DNA of 60,789 nt, counting the filler, from Globobulimina sp. (lineage: Eukaryota), in the NCBI GenBank assembly GCA_003354225.1. It is 12 parts of 12 records of this genome, joined end to end, with 100 filler letters (N's around TTAATTAATTAA, not from the genome) between each part and the next. Parts side by side here need not be neighbours in the genome. Positions count along the whole stretch, not along the records: positions 10,160 to 15,137 come from PIVH01000797.1; positions 15,238 to 20,213 come from PIVH01000798.1; positions 20,314 to 25,289 come from PIVH01000799.1; 9 more parts are not named here. One strand, given 5' to 3'. Position 1 is the first letter of the stretch, and every line of letters starts with the position of its first letter. The position numbers and the translations under genes are program-made. This document shows, one piece after another, positions 11,331-24,094 of the stretch. The notes beneath the pieces were generated by a model. That model worked only from the letters and a program-made list of their open reading frames with translations. It searched no databases and was not told the origin of the DNA.

Positions 11331-14300
11331 ATGGCATCTCCTAAACAACTGAGAAAACATCACGACTTAACAGATGTAGCAGCAGAAGCACTGTTAATAG
11401 TCATCCAAGATGATGATAAAAAAGAACCATTCCAAAGAGCAACAACAAACCGGTCGTACGACGAAGACGAAGAAGAAAAATTTATAGGCAAGTCTCGCTC
11501 CAACACATTAACTTTCATATCTCCCTCTTTCGGTTCCGTCCAATCCTCAATGGAGCTATTCTCCGACGACGAAAACGAAGAAAGTCAAATCTTAGCTGGC
11601 GTAGAAGCACAAACTGGCATTGAATTTGACGAAATCGAGAATCCACCAATCTACACAGTCAATGGTGAGGGCATACTTGTTATCAACGACAGCATTGAAT
11701 GCAGATCTGGCCGCAGTAAAACCACCACGTTCCAGACCAATATCATCCCCCCCAAGGATGGCAAATATTATTTTGAAATCTTCGTCAATTCAGATCGCAA
11801 ATTAGGAATTGGAATCATTGATAAATCGCTCGCCGATGACAAAAATAAGGGAAATTGGGTCATTTATATCGATGAATTGATGTTAAACTCCAACGACCGC
11901 GAGAAACCCGATGGAAATGAGCAGAAAGAGATGGATAAACCGAATAATATCATCGGTGTCTCCATGGATATAAACGAGTTGACGTGCATTTACTATTTGA
12001 ATGGAGTGGCAATCAACGAAATTATATTCAATAACTCATTCAATCTGCAATCGTTGTCATATAATTTCCATCATTCATTTATTTTGCAGTCGCATGAAAG
12101 CATTCAAATTGTGGCACAATCACAGTTTATGCGATATTATACGCAGCAGTTTAAAGCCAAAGGCTATGATACATTGCAAATTAATAAATCCTACTTTCAA
12201 TACAAAAAACCAGTGATTGATAAAATAAAAATGGATGAAAAAGAATTGGAGGAACACAGTTTATATCCTATTTATGACCTAAATATTGACGGAAACGTAT
12301 GTTTTTATAGCAATTTACAAAATGGATTGAAATGCCGTGCGCCAAATGAGAACGACTGTACATTTGTGCCCAATTTTAAATTTCCCAGCGTTGGCAAATA
12401 TTATTTTGAAATTAAAATTGAGCAAATATCGGACATGGCATTTGGTTGGATATCCGTTGCCGATATAGATAACAATAACGAATCCGCGATAATGTATTAT
12501 CATAATACCGGTCCAGAGGTGAATAACGATGATATCATTAGTTGTGGTATGGATTTCGATAAACATAATGTGAAATATTGGTTAAATGGTAAAATAATTA
12601 TCAATAAGAATGATGAAAACTTATCAAATAAAACAGAATTAATACCCATCTTTCAGTTGTCAAATGGCGCGCAAATCACTATTAATTTTGTATGGCAAGG
12701 CATGAAATATTTGAATGAGTTTTGTTACAGATCGCTGCATGACATATTCACGCAATTTAACTGTATTTCGTATGACCCAACGATACAAATCATGGACCAG
12801 GCGTATCCAATCAAGGTCGCCGCCGGACGCTGTCATACTTTTCGCGAAAATAACCGAATAAATTGCATATCCGCCAGCGATAAAACTATAATTTGCTCTA
12901 ATTTCTATTTAAAAGCACAAAATAATGAGTTGGACAGTAACAATTCCATCTATTTTGAAGTACGCTTAGTAACTGCGAAAAAGATAAAAATTGGCTTGAT
13001 GCATATGGATGATATTATGTATGCCAACAACAACGTATCCAAAGAATCATTTATCGGCATCGATATAGGACAGTCATTGTATTATAATTCATTGAAACAG
13101 TGTACGTCCTATGAACTACACACGACTCAAAAACCAAATGATGTCCTTGGTGTATATATCAATTTAAACACAAAGCGGATACAATTCATTTTAAATGGCA
13201 TTCCTCCCATCGGCGGCGACACGGAAACACATTTATACATCAAACCAAACTATAACTTATACCCCGCATTTTTCATAGGCAAAAACGAAGAACTGTCCAT
13301 CATCTTCGATCGCGAAGAAATGACGTATTTAAATCAATTTATATGTACCGGTATCAATATCATCAACAACCAAAATGGATTATATTACGACCATATAATG
13401 AACAACAAACAGTATGAGATTGACAACACAGAATCCGATATCATCAAAACCATCGCCGGCGAAGTGATTAAAACCTGCAAAAAAAACAAAATAACCATCA
13501 AAAGTAAAAAAGAATCCATTGTTGTGAGCAGTTTCAAAATAAAATTACCCGCCGCTGCAGCAGATGATGTTGACAGTAAAGACAGCGATGATTATAAATT
13601 CTATTATGAATGCAAATTATTTGCAAATTATGTAAGTGGAATTCGCTTTGGATGGATGGACTGCAATGACGATTTGACGGGGAATACGAGTCGATTGGAA
13701 GGGAAACATTCGTGGTCGTGGTGTCCCAGCGGGCGTATCCATGGCAGGAATAAATGCCATCCTCTCATTTATCACGATTTTGGCGATGGTATCAACTGCC
13801 GGCGGTATCCTATACAGTTGGTAGATCGCCGCGAAAATAAACAATTGTCGCGGTTTGATGAGGTGGATAATGAGACGGACAGTGATAGTGATATTGATTT
13901 GGAAGAAAAGGAGCTCCGACAAGAGATTATTGTGCATAAAGATAAGAAATGGAGGTTTTTGAAAGGTGATGTGGTTGGCTGTGGCATAGATTTGAAGAAC
14001 GAGGAAATACGGTATTGGCTGAATGGCATTGATTTGGGTGCGGCGATTACAACGTTTGGTGGCAGTATCGAAGGTAATGCGATTAGAGCGGCGGTGTCGT
14101 TGTGTGAGAATCAAAGCATTGAGTTGCGGTTTGATAAAGATTGTATGGCGTATATTCCACACAATTATCAAGCCATTAATCTGTTGCAGACGTATTATGT
14201 TAAGGTAAATAATGCAATTTGTATATTTTCAGCGCTTGTACAATGTACATAATAATGCAGAAACAGAAACAAATTAATGCAATAAATGCGTGTTTTATGT

Positions 14301-15137
14301 GTTTTTGTTTCTGGATATTATGTACAAACATATATAAATTGTGTCAGAAATCTAATAAATTGTCGTGGATGGACATACTCGAAGATGAAATCTACGAAGC
14401 ACGCAATGCATTGTATGTGCATATTAAACATATTGACTTAAACCCATCGTTTGCCATCAACACAGTGGCTATGAATCAATATTATAATTTAAAATTACAA
14501 TTTGGTGAACAGCAAAAAGATGATACCAAAAATAAACGTATCCGCAAAAAAGATAATATTTCAAAATCAATTGTATTCAAAGAACACTATGTATTTGAAG
14601 ATGTGACTTATTTTAAATCCATTAAAGATTCAAAATATCCAAAAATTAAGGTATTATATGCACATAGTCAGAACTTGAATAATATTGAATCTAATTGATA
14701 TTATAACGTTTGTTCGATTTCTGACTATGGGCCAATTAATTAATATATCTGCATACCGTAAGTTTCGTCAATGTATAAATAATAAAATAAAAAACGGCGA
14801 AATTATTGGCATTTGCGATGTTAAAGATGGCCAATTCCCGTTAAAAATTTATGAAAAACGTTCCTTTACAGTGGGTATTATCAAACCGAAACAAGAACCA
14901 TCAGTCATCGAAGAAAGACAAACCACACTCTTTGAACAGGATGATTATCGCCATCGATATGACCATAATACAACAATTAATGCACAAAACAGTGATGAGA
15001 ATAAAGACGAAAGTGATGAGTATTCGGAAGAGGATGAAGCTGATTTTAAAATAGAACCAAATTATTTTCAAATAAAAAAAGACAGATACAACAAAAGAAA
15101 GGCATTTACAAATTTATTTGGCGAAGGCACAGCAAAC
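11331..15137 (+). CDS. Protein with four tandem SPRY domains followed by a C2-like domain, 3'-truncated; probable introns 14205-14347 (acceptor uncertain) and 14651-14762
   Basis: Four repeats of (K)YYFE...G(W/I)...D(I/V)(I/V)G(C/V).(M/I)D......Y.LNG. After splicing, LYVHIKHIDL...KLQFG...IVFKEHYVF...KIKF...EIIGICDV is C2-like. Confidence 0.75.
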
Positions 15138-15237
15138 NNNNNNNNNNNNNNNNNNNNNNNNNNNNNNNNNNNNNNNNNNNNTTAATTAATTAANNNNNNN
15201 NNNNNNNNNNNNNNNNNNNNNNNNNNNNNNNNNNNNN

Positions 15238-15586
15238 TAAAACAAAAATGTTTGAATGTATTAATGGCAAACTTCGATGGGGCTCTTTGAAAGATTTGAT
15301 AATCAATGATTGGATAATATCATTTGAAACTAATACTGTCGAATTTGATGATTTGCATGGATTTGATGAAGAAATGCCAGAAATGCCCGAAATGAAACCA
15401 TTGCGATTGGTTAATTACAGAGTTCAATGTAATTTAAATAGTGATAGAGCTGTAAAAGAAATGAGAAGATATCCAATCACAGAATCCATAAAAGAATGTG
15501 TAATGACTGCAATGAATATTGATTTTAACACTGGAATGTTTCTCACCATCAAAACGTTTCCAATCACCGGATATGATAATAGTTAA
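15238..15586 (+). CDS. Coding fragment of unknown function (possibly an upstream exon of the WSC gene)
   Basis: 112-aa ORF with protein-like composition at the contig start. I could not resolve its junction to the downstream exons. Confidence 0.4.
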
Positions 15587-15868
15587 TTACAATCTATATA
15601 TTTTTTAATAAAAGATGTCCTTTGCAAACATGTTCAAAAATATATTTAGCATCAAAACCAACACCATCGCCAAGTCCCAGAGTTACGTCAATTTGCAGCT
15701 CTTTTGTTGTGTCTTATCAGTGCAACACATAAATATATTCAATATATTGCGCTTATGGCTTTTGTCTGTTTCTATAAAGTAGTAAAATAATGATTGTGTC
15801 GGTTACATCCATAATATTAACAAGCACCATATATATAAACAAAACAGCCAACTTATTCAGATAAAGCA

Positions 15869-18800
15869 GTGATTTTCCAGGCAGAAATTGATAAATTTAA
15901 TGAATGGGATAATAGCATAAACTATCACCATTTCGACAATTTCAAAGAAGCATTGTTTCAATGTATAACTCAATGCGGTACAACCTCGCAATCCCATTCA
16001 TTGCAATTGCAAATAAAATTTGATACAAAATTTGACGAAACATCTGGCTTCACAGACTCATATTTATTGTCTCCACGAATCATAACACCAAACATTGTTA
16101 TTCAATCTTTGATTATCGGACAGTATAAAACAACAATGACGTCTGAAGAATGGAAGGAATTAGTTAAAATATCTCAGAATGCATTGCAAAATTCTGGCAG
16201 TAAACAATCCGAATGGAAAACCTGTGTTGATGAGCAATTAAAAGAAACCTCAAATACGGAAGAGATATATGTTGATTATAATGGTAAGTTAACAAAATAT
16301 AAATATAATCCACATAAATATGCAGATTTAGAATCTGGTGCAAGTTCCATTCGAATCGGACAATTTGAAGTCAAACAGCAATATGTTGATCTATCATTTA
16401 TTGGTTGTTTTAAAGCAATTTGTAACGGATTTATATTTGTTGCAATAAATAATGAATACAACAATCCACAACTTTGCAATGAAAAATGTGCAAAAGAGCA
16501 TTTCAAATATTTTGCATTGACTGGTAATCAATGTAAATGCAGTCATGCTTTGGATATGGATTCCTGTCCGAAATATGTGGAAGATACAGTTTGTAATATT
16601 CCCTGCAGCAAAATTGTGGATGAGTTTTGTGGCAATAATAATTATGTGGCAATATATAAATCATGGAATGGACCGGAATCAAAGGAATTAGCTTTAATAT
16701 TATCGTTTAAAATGTATCCATTGCTGAAACATCCACTATTATTTGATAAAAAAAAATATATGGATGCATTCAGACATTGTTCAGAGAATATTTTTTTGAA
16801 ATGGTATGTTGGCTCTGTGACAAGTAACTGTGATATTGAATTGGTGGAGGTTTCATTGCATGCTTTATGGTCAAGTTCTGATTCGAATTATGTTAAAATG
16901 TGCGCCATGCACAAAACACCGGAATCCGCTCAAGAAACACAACAAATAATCACTCAACAAAAATCAGCTCTGATTTCTCAATGCATTCATCAATTCACCA
17001 AATCGCACCCTCCGCAGGATACCATCATCCGACCTGAATTAAGACGATCACATTCTTCGTCAAAGCCAATGACCACAAAGTTTATAATCCAAACAGCAAA
17101 GTTGACTCAATTTTGTCCGGACACAAGTTACAAAATATTCTGTTTGTTGTCAAGATAATATGGTAATACCTTATAAACAGTGACACTGAAAATGAGTATG
17201 ATGACAGCATGGCAATTTCCAGACACATGGACTGTAAATCAAATGGACGAATGGAAAGCAAAACAACCATCTGACTTTCCAGATTTATTGGACAAATGTT
17301 CACTGCCAGTTACTCAGATCAGTTTTGTTGATGATTGGAAAATGTCCATTCAACGATGGTCATCATCCTATGTCCCATTCAAACAAATGGGTGAATCGCA
17401 AGGGTCTATCAATGCGTTACAGGACGGACAACAAATAACTGATCCTCAACTAAGTTTTGCTTTCTTTTATATTTTTTTTAATTTACATTGTGGTGATCGG
17501 AAATATACAAATAGTGAACATGCCAATTTCTGCACAGATTATTGACTTTGCATTACCATTAAATCCAAGCCAGTTGGATATATTATTGATATTACCAAAA
17601 GGATACAGACTCGAAACAGAACTAAAAATTATAAAATATAATGGTATGTTGGTTGTTTATGCCAAAAATGCAAAGGATGAAACAGTCGGATTTGCTTTTA
17701 CTGAGACATTATACCAATGGCTGTCATCATGGCAACCAATACATGAATGGGCTAAGGTTTATGGAGAGAGCCAATCAAATAAAGTATTTGTACAGAATGC
17801 AGACAATGTTGCTATAGCATACACATTGAACTATGCTCCAATGGACTCGATAAAACAACAAATATCAAATGAATTGGAAATGGGATGTTATAGCATCGAT
17901 AACATTGAAATATTTGAACAGTGGATCACCAAATCTCCGTATTACGATCCGTTGAGTCCGTCAAATGACAAAATGGGTTTAAATGGTTGGATGTTGTTAA
18001 AAAATGACGGATTTTATATCTCCGTAAAAACATGCAATGCATTATGTGGTGCTTACAATTTTCATTATTTCATATTAAATACTTATCAGTGTATCTGCAT
18101 AAAATCACTGCTGCCATTACAAGCATTATACACTGGAATACAAAGTAGCAATATTATTCATGTTAAGTATTTTCTTTCCCATAAATGATTTTCTTCATTG
18201 CATTATTACAAATGTTATTGTTTCACATGCTTTTTTGCTAATTATTTAAAGGTATATTTTTTTTGGATCCGAATATAAATTTGTCTAAGCTTATCCCATT
18301 TATTTTTGTATATAACAGTTACATCGAATCGATGAATGCAACTCTTTTTGCATTGGTGACTCATCAAAAAATTGTGGCGGACCGAGATCTTTGTTCTCTT
18401 TATATCGCCAGGAACCAACCTTAAAATTTGAACAATGGGCAACAAACATGATCAACATTCAGCAAATGGACTTATTAAATATTCACCAATTCCGTGAATA
18501 TCATTATTATAAACATAAAGATGTTGTAACAACACCTCATCAACAAAAAATATATAACATAGCATTGCAGTATCAATCATTGACTGTTAACGCATTTTTA
18601 ACACAAAACATTGATATTTACAAAACAGGAATATATTTAGATTTGTTCTGCAATTCAAATAAAGTATTTCTAAAATCATTTGATTTGTTCCCTTGGAGTT
18701 TTAAATCAATCTCATCATTTTTCCCACAATGTGACAGCTTAAATTTTAAATATTGTTCCATAAAATCTGTAACATCCACCACAATTAATATTGAATCTGA

Positions 18801-20213
18801 TGTTAAGTGGTCTTTTATTAAAATTATTGTCGAAATTATAATGAAAAAAGCAAGTTCCGCAGATATTCGTAAACAGATAACATTTAAAATAAACTATGAA
18901 ATGATATTTAACTCTCAATCCATCCGCTTATTTGATTCAATATGTTCAAATTCCAAATATCATTCATACATTGGATGCTTAGTGAATTCGAGAAAATTAA
19001 ATGAAAATTATTTCGGAAATTGGATCATGAACAAAGATTTTGAAATTCCTCAACAACAATTAAATAATAAAGTAAATTTCCATTTTTGTAACAAATTTTG
19101 TCAGTCATTCGATTTCGTTGGAATCAGTACAGAGTCAAATTCGTGCAGTTGTTGCAATGAATTATATGATGCAGAATCAATTAAGAATAATTTAAATGGA
19201 GTTATATCGATGCATCAATGTGATATGATAACTATTGAGGATAAATTAGTGATATTGCATCATGTGTATCGTGTTGAGAAATTATTGCCAGCCAATTTAG
19301 CAAAGAATAATCAACTCTCAACCATAACGGATGATCCTTTTATTGTTGTTCCGCCGTTAAATTATATCCGCACTCATCTACGAATTTATTTATTGTGGAA
19401 TGGTTTTCATTATTTTCTATTCAAACCATTACAGCCAATGTCATCTGACCATTTATTAATTGCTATTTATCGCAAGAATGGAATATTGATGAAAACAGTT
19501 CGAATAAGCGTATCGCAGCAATTTCTAACATTAATATCTTCTGACAATAATTGGAAAATGAAGCTGGATCCAAGCAATAATAAGTTACAAATATTGGATC
19601 CAAGCAACAGTGTGCAATCTTCTATAGATATTGGTCATATTTATGTGCCCGATATGGATGTTATTCGTTGGCATGTAATGTATGGAGCATTGTACCCGTA
19701 TTATCACGGCTGTTTTGTCAAAGGTTTAACTGCAAATACTCAAAATCTGCTCGTTGTAAAACTAAAGAAATTATATGACGGTACAACATATAATAACAAT
19801 TTTACAGGTTTTGCAAATGAATGCAATGTAAAATGCCAAGAGGGTACATTGAATAAATGGAAATATTTTGGGGTTGGCATAAATACACAGAATGAGATTA
19901 TATGCAAATGTGGTGAATTTAAACATAAATCAACAATGTTTGAAGAATCACATTGTTCAATTGGCAGTTTAGAAGTAACAACAAATGAAAATTATAAGTT
20001 TCCAGCATGTGGCACTGTTGATTCATTTGCAATTTATGCAGTGTACCCAGTGGAGACCGATAATCCGCAACAGAATGCATTTATAAATGCAGTGAATAAT
20101 AATGATGCCGGTAATGAATTATTAAAATCAAATATGAAAACGGTATGTGATGCATTGGGCTATTACGGAGGTGTCGATTGTATGGTATATTTAAACAATA
20201 ATAAAAATATGGA
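15869..20213 (+). CDS. Large multi-exon protein with at least four WSC (carbohydrate-binding) domains, probably extracellular; truncated. Introns 17127-17180 and 17454-17514, plus unresolved intron(s) near 18160-18390
   Basis: Repeated (Y/F/M).GC(F/Y/L)...C...C....(Y/F)F....C.C motifs near 16397, 17880, 18967 and 19702; copies 1 and 4 end in CG....AIY. Two introns verified in phase. Confidence 0.75.
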
Positions 20214-20429
20214 NNNNNNNNNNNNNNNNNNNNNNNNNNNNNNNNNNNNNNNNNNNNTTAATTAATTAANNNNNNNNNNNNNNNNNNNNNNNNNNNNNNN
20301 NNNNNNNNNNNNNATTTTTTTGTATATACGTATATATTACTAATAATATTAGTGTTTTTTCAGAAAATAAATTAAAAGAAAAAAAGTATGAATACTGTAT
20401 GTACAGGATAGTTAGACAATATTTAGGAA

Positions 20430-20613
20430 GGCCAAATTGCGGAAATTCTAGCACTTGGATATTCACGAAAATTTCACGAAAAGTATTTGTCACGAAAAGT
20501 ATATCTCCTATTAGTACTATACGAGTTGTATGCAAATTTCACTAAAAGTGGAATTATCACGAACACTACTTTTCGTGAATATCCAAGGGCTAGAATTTCA
20601 GCCAAATTGGGCC
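20430..20613. mobile_element. MITE-like element with terminal inverted repeats
   Basis: 20442-20471 GAAATTCTAGCACTTGGATATTCACGAAAA pairs with 20570-20599 at 29/30, and the match extends imperfectly to GGCC ends. Internal TCACGAAAA-like motifs at 20463, 20474, 20490, 20539 and 20557. Non-coding; no clear TSD. Confidence 0.7.
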
Positions 20614-20852
20614 CGTGAGGTAGAAATCTTATACTCCCAACGTTTTTTTTTGTTTTGAGAGTTTATTGTCACTGATTTGCCAGTTTCGCCACCTAAGCTT
20701 TAGCTCGATTTGATTTCATGTATTGTATGAATATAAGTTTTTAATTAAATTACAACAACTCTTGGTAGTAAGTCGAAAAAAAAAACTAAGTTTAAATTTA
20801 AACCAATATACAAAATCACTCCAAATCAATATACAAAAGTCTAGGAATTAAA

Positions 20853-22346
20853 TTAAATTAACTTTCCCATAGTTATGCCATAGACAACATCCACTAATAC
20901 TGTTTCTATATTTGTTTTATCCGTTGCTACAGTCACATGCACAGAAATACGTTTCCGTGCTTGTACATTTTGGATTTTTTCTAAATATTTGTTTGTAATA
21001 AACGTAACACATTCTTTATAACATAAATCAAACCATTCTTTTTTCTGCATTTCATTTTCAAATTGATTTTCATTTCGATCATTATAATTATTCCCATTAT
21101 ATTCAGGAAAACATTGTTTGATTGATATTTTATCCAATTTTAATCGATTAATAAATAAATCATTTTTATTTAAGAATAATATCCATTGGGTATCGCCACT
21201 CGAAAACCATTTTGAATTTACAGTCTCGTCAAATAATTTTATGGATTCATGCATTGCATTTACGGCTTCATCCTCAAATAAAACTGAACCTGGAATATAT
21301 ACAAAAACATGTGCAGTTTGTACTGGTTTGTACATATTGTAAAAAAAACAACAAATCTAAATAGAAACAGACAGTAATGATTGAGCGCAGCAACGAAAAT
21401 AACCACATTAACATTGTCAAACAAAGAAATCCATTTTCTTCTCTCATTTCGCTGTCCGCCAACATCGAACATATTAAAGTGAGTGTTTTGAATAAAATAA
21501 CTTCTTTCAACAATGCCCGTTGTCCGCATTCTGGCATTTAATATGTCGTCAAATGAGGGAACATAGCCATTACTATCACTGTCGTCCATTATTATTCTTA
21601 TTTTATCCAAAAAATAATTAATATTTTCCTCCAAACTAAAATATTGTCGATGATTAAAGGTTTCTTGAATTGCTTCCAATTCCCATAGTAACTGCATCGC
21701 TTTGCCTTTATTTTTGTATTTGTGTTGTGTCAATATTTCGTTTTTGATGGTGTTGTGTCAATATTCATCATGAAAAACACAATAAACAATAAAAAATACC
21801 TAAATTTTCCATGTCTTGCGCATTATAGTTATAATATGCCACCGTTCCATATTCAGAGATTTTATTTGTTTCAACTAACATTTTAACCGCATCATCAATG
21901 TCTGGATCTTTATCATCAACCATACATTTATTGATATTATAGGGCTCTTGGCATAATATTTGGGATTGTTTTAATAATTTAATTAATCCATTTATCGTAT
22001 TTAACCGTATAGTTTTTGTGATAGTGTCTGAATCAATAAAAAACCGCTCCATTCCATGAATAGTGCCATTCTCTTTCTCCTCACCATGAATATTTTCAAT
22101 TTGTCGAAATAATGTTGATTTCCCGCTGCTGCCTGCTCCCAATAATAGTGTTTTAATTATTGAACCTTGCTCTTTCTCGAGAGATTTCATCTGTTTTTCA
22201 ATTTCTTTGTTCGACGTCTTTTGCTGTCTGAGATCATGTGCTGATGATTCAGTTGTAATGCATATGTCACTAGCTGATTTATTTGAAACTTCAACTGCAA
22301 TATTAAGGCCATGCATATGCTTTGTTGTCACACAACAAGCACCCAT
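20853..22346 (-). CDS. Heterotrimeric G-protein alpha subunit; introns 21706-21799 and 21290-21372
   Basis: MGACC acylation start; G1 LLLGAGSSGKST, G2 RMRTTGI, G3 DVGGQRNERRKW, G4 FLNKND, G5 TVATD. Both introns are in phase. Confidence 0.97.
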
Positions 22347-22465
22347 TTTGATGATTTCAGTGACAAGGTTTCTGTGGCAGTGTGGCGTTATAATTAAAAA
22401 TTGCAGTGTGTCACACAACAAGCACCCATGTGTTCGATCAATTTGATTTATTATAATTAAAAATT

Positions 22466-24052
22466 TCAATACAAGTCAGGAGACAGTTGCCGCATATATT
22501 CATCCCTTGATTTATTGACAGAAGACACATCAAACAAATATTTATTATATATTTGAATCATATGAACCATAAAGCAATCCACATCATTTTCATTCAGATA
22601 TTCATCAATAAATTTACGACTATTTTGTGTTATTTGTTGCAACGACTGATATGTAAAGGAAGTCATTGAATGATTCAATAAATACGAATAATCCCTCGGT
22701 GAACTGCTTGTTTCATAATCATAATATCCGTCAACTTGGCGGGCCATATTCATTACAATGGATATCAAATGCTGCACATTTTCAAATATGACCCAATGAT
22801 ATCCATCCATGACATCAAAATACCACCACTCATAGTTCGTAGTCAGCTGTTTCAAAATGACTGATCCCATTTTCATTTGATACATTAATGAGTCGCGCAC
22901 CGAGACGCCATCACAAACGATAATGTATCGATATTTTAGTTGTTGCATCAGTGACAATGTAAGGTTCCTTTTGCTGTGCGGACCATCTCTTGCCGCCAAA
23001 GCATAAGCATTTGTAAAACAAATATCAAAGTATTTCCACGTCACTCTGTCATAAATGTATGTGTTGTTTATCAACATTGAATATAATTCATCCCTATATT
23101 TGCTATTAGCAGCGCCTCGGAACAGTGCTTTGTTGACATATTTGCCATTCCATGTCAGTAAATGCAGCTTATTGTTCACAGTCAGATTTTGCAATAAATC
23201 CAACCATTCAAAGTAGTCTGCTATGCGCCGATAATTCTCTGCGTTGACTAATCTTTGTATTTCTTTGTCTTGTTTTTCCTCTTTCTGATTGGCTTTGATT
23301 TTGGCTGCAAAGTATCTGTATTTTAGGTATGCTCTCGACACAGTGAATAATAACAGATTTGATTTGCTTTCCGGAGATGCAACATGTGCTAAATTATAAT
23401 CTGTGAAAAAATAGGGAATATTCCCGTTGATCTTCCAATTATATTTATGCAATGTTTTTTTTTTATAATCGTGATAATACCAAATAAAGTCCGTATTTTC
23501 CAGATATTTTGCATATTTTCGTTGCAGTTCGCATAAATAAAATAATAGTCCGGTTCTATAGCCTTCCTTATCATAGATATGTTTTTCCATTTCGTATTTG
23601 GTGCCGCTGACAAACATTTGATGATCGATTATTTGAATTCGCATTTTTTTATTCCAAAACCAGCACTTTCTATCACTCCAACATTCATTTTTCCATTTTA
23701 AATAATCAGATTCTATCTCATTTGATGTTGTTTTTATTTTATATTCCTTCAAATTGCTATCTTTGATGTCTTTCAATAACAGTTTGGTGTATTTATATTT
23801 CTTTGGATCACATATTATCCTTTTCCTCGTCACAGAATTTAACATTTCCTGAACTAACCATGACATATCATCCAATTCCAATTCCTCCAACCTATCAATT
23901 GCAACGTTAACATTTTGCTGCTCGACGACAATCATAATTGGATTGGACAGATAAAAGGTATGCGACATCAGTATGAAAGCAATGGATAAGATTACCAACG
24001 CAAAGACACTCAAAGTCCAGGGTTGTGAGGTAATGGAAAAGCTCTTGGCCAT
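22466..24052 (-). CDS. Glycosyltransferase family 90 (CAP10/POGLUT-KDELC-like), type II membrane protein
   Basis: N-terminal TM; KALFRGA...R, LSLMQQLKYRYIIVCDG, GSVILKQ...YEWWY and HWV motifs typical of GT90. Confidence 0.85.
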   Translation of the reverse strand: MAKSFSITSQPWTLSVFALVILSIAFILMSHTFYLSNPIMIVVEQQNVNVAIDRLEELELDDMSWLVQEMLNSVTRKRIICDPKKYKYTKLLLKDIKDSNLKEYKIKTTSNEIESDYLKWKNECWSDRKCWFWNKKMRIQIIDHQMFVSGTKYEMEKHIYDKEGYRTGLLFYLCELQRKYAKYLENTDFIWYYHDYKKKTLHKYNWKINGNIPYFFTDYNLAHVASPESKSNLLLFTVSRAYLKYRYFAAKIKANQKEEKQDKEIQRLVNAENYRRIADYFEWLDLLQNLTVNNKLHLLTWNGKYVNKALFRGAANSKYRDELYSMLINNTYIYDRVTWKYFDICFTNAYALAARDGPHSKRNLTLSLMQQLKYRYIIVCDGVSVRDSLMYQMKMGSVILKQLTTNYEWWYFDVMDGYHWVIFENVQHLISIVMNMARQVDGYYDYETSSSPRDYSYLLNHSMTSFTYQSLQQITQNSRKFIDEYLNENDVDCFMVHMIQIYNKYLFDVSSVNKSRDEYMRQLSPDLY

Positions 24053-24094
24053 TGTCAGCAAAGTAAGTTTTCAAAACAAAATTAACAAAAAAAG

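Noticed and set aside
21722-21765. 16-bp direct repeat GTGTTGTGTCAATATT in G-alpha intron 1
   Set aside because: Real, but most simply a neutral intronic duplication that explains the longer intron.
936-22346. 7TM receptor and G-alpha as a linked signalling locus
   Set aside because: They are on different contigs; adjacency results from length sorting.
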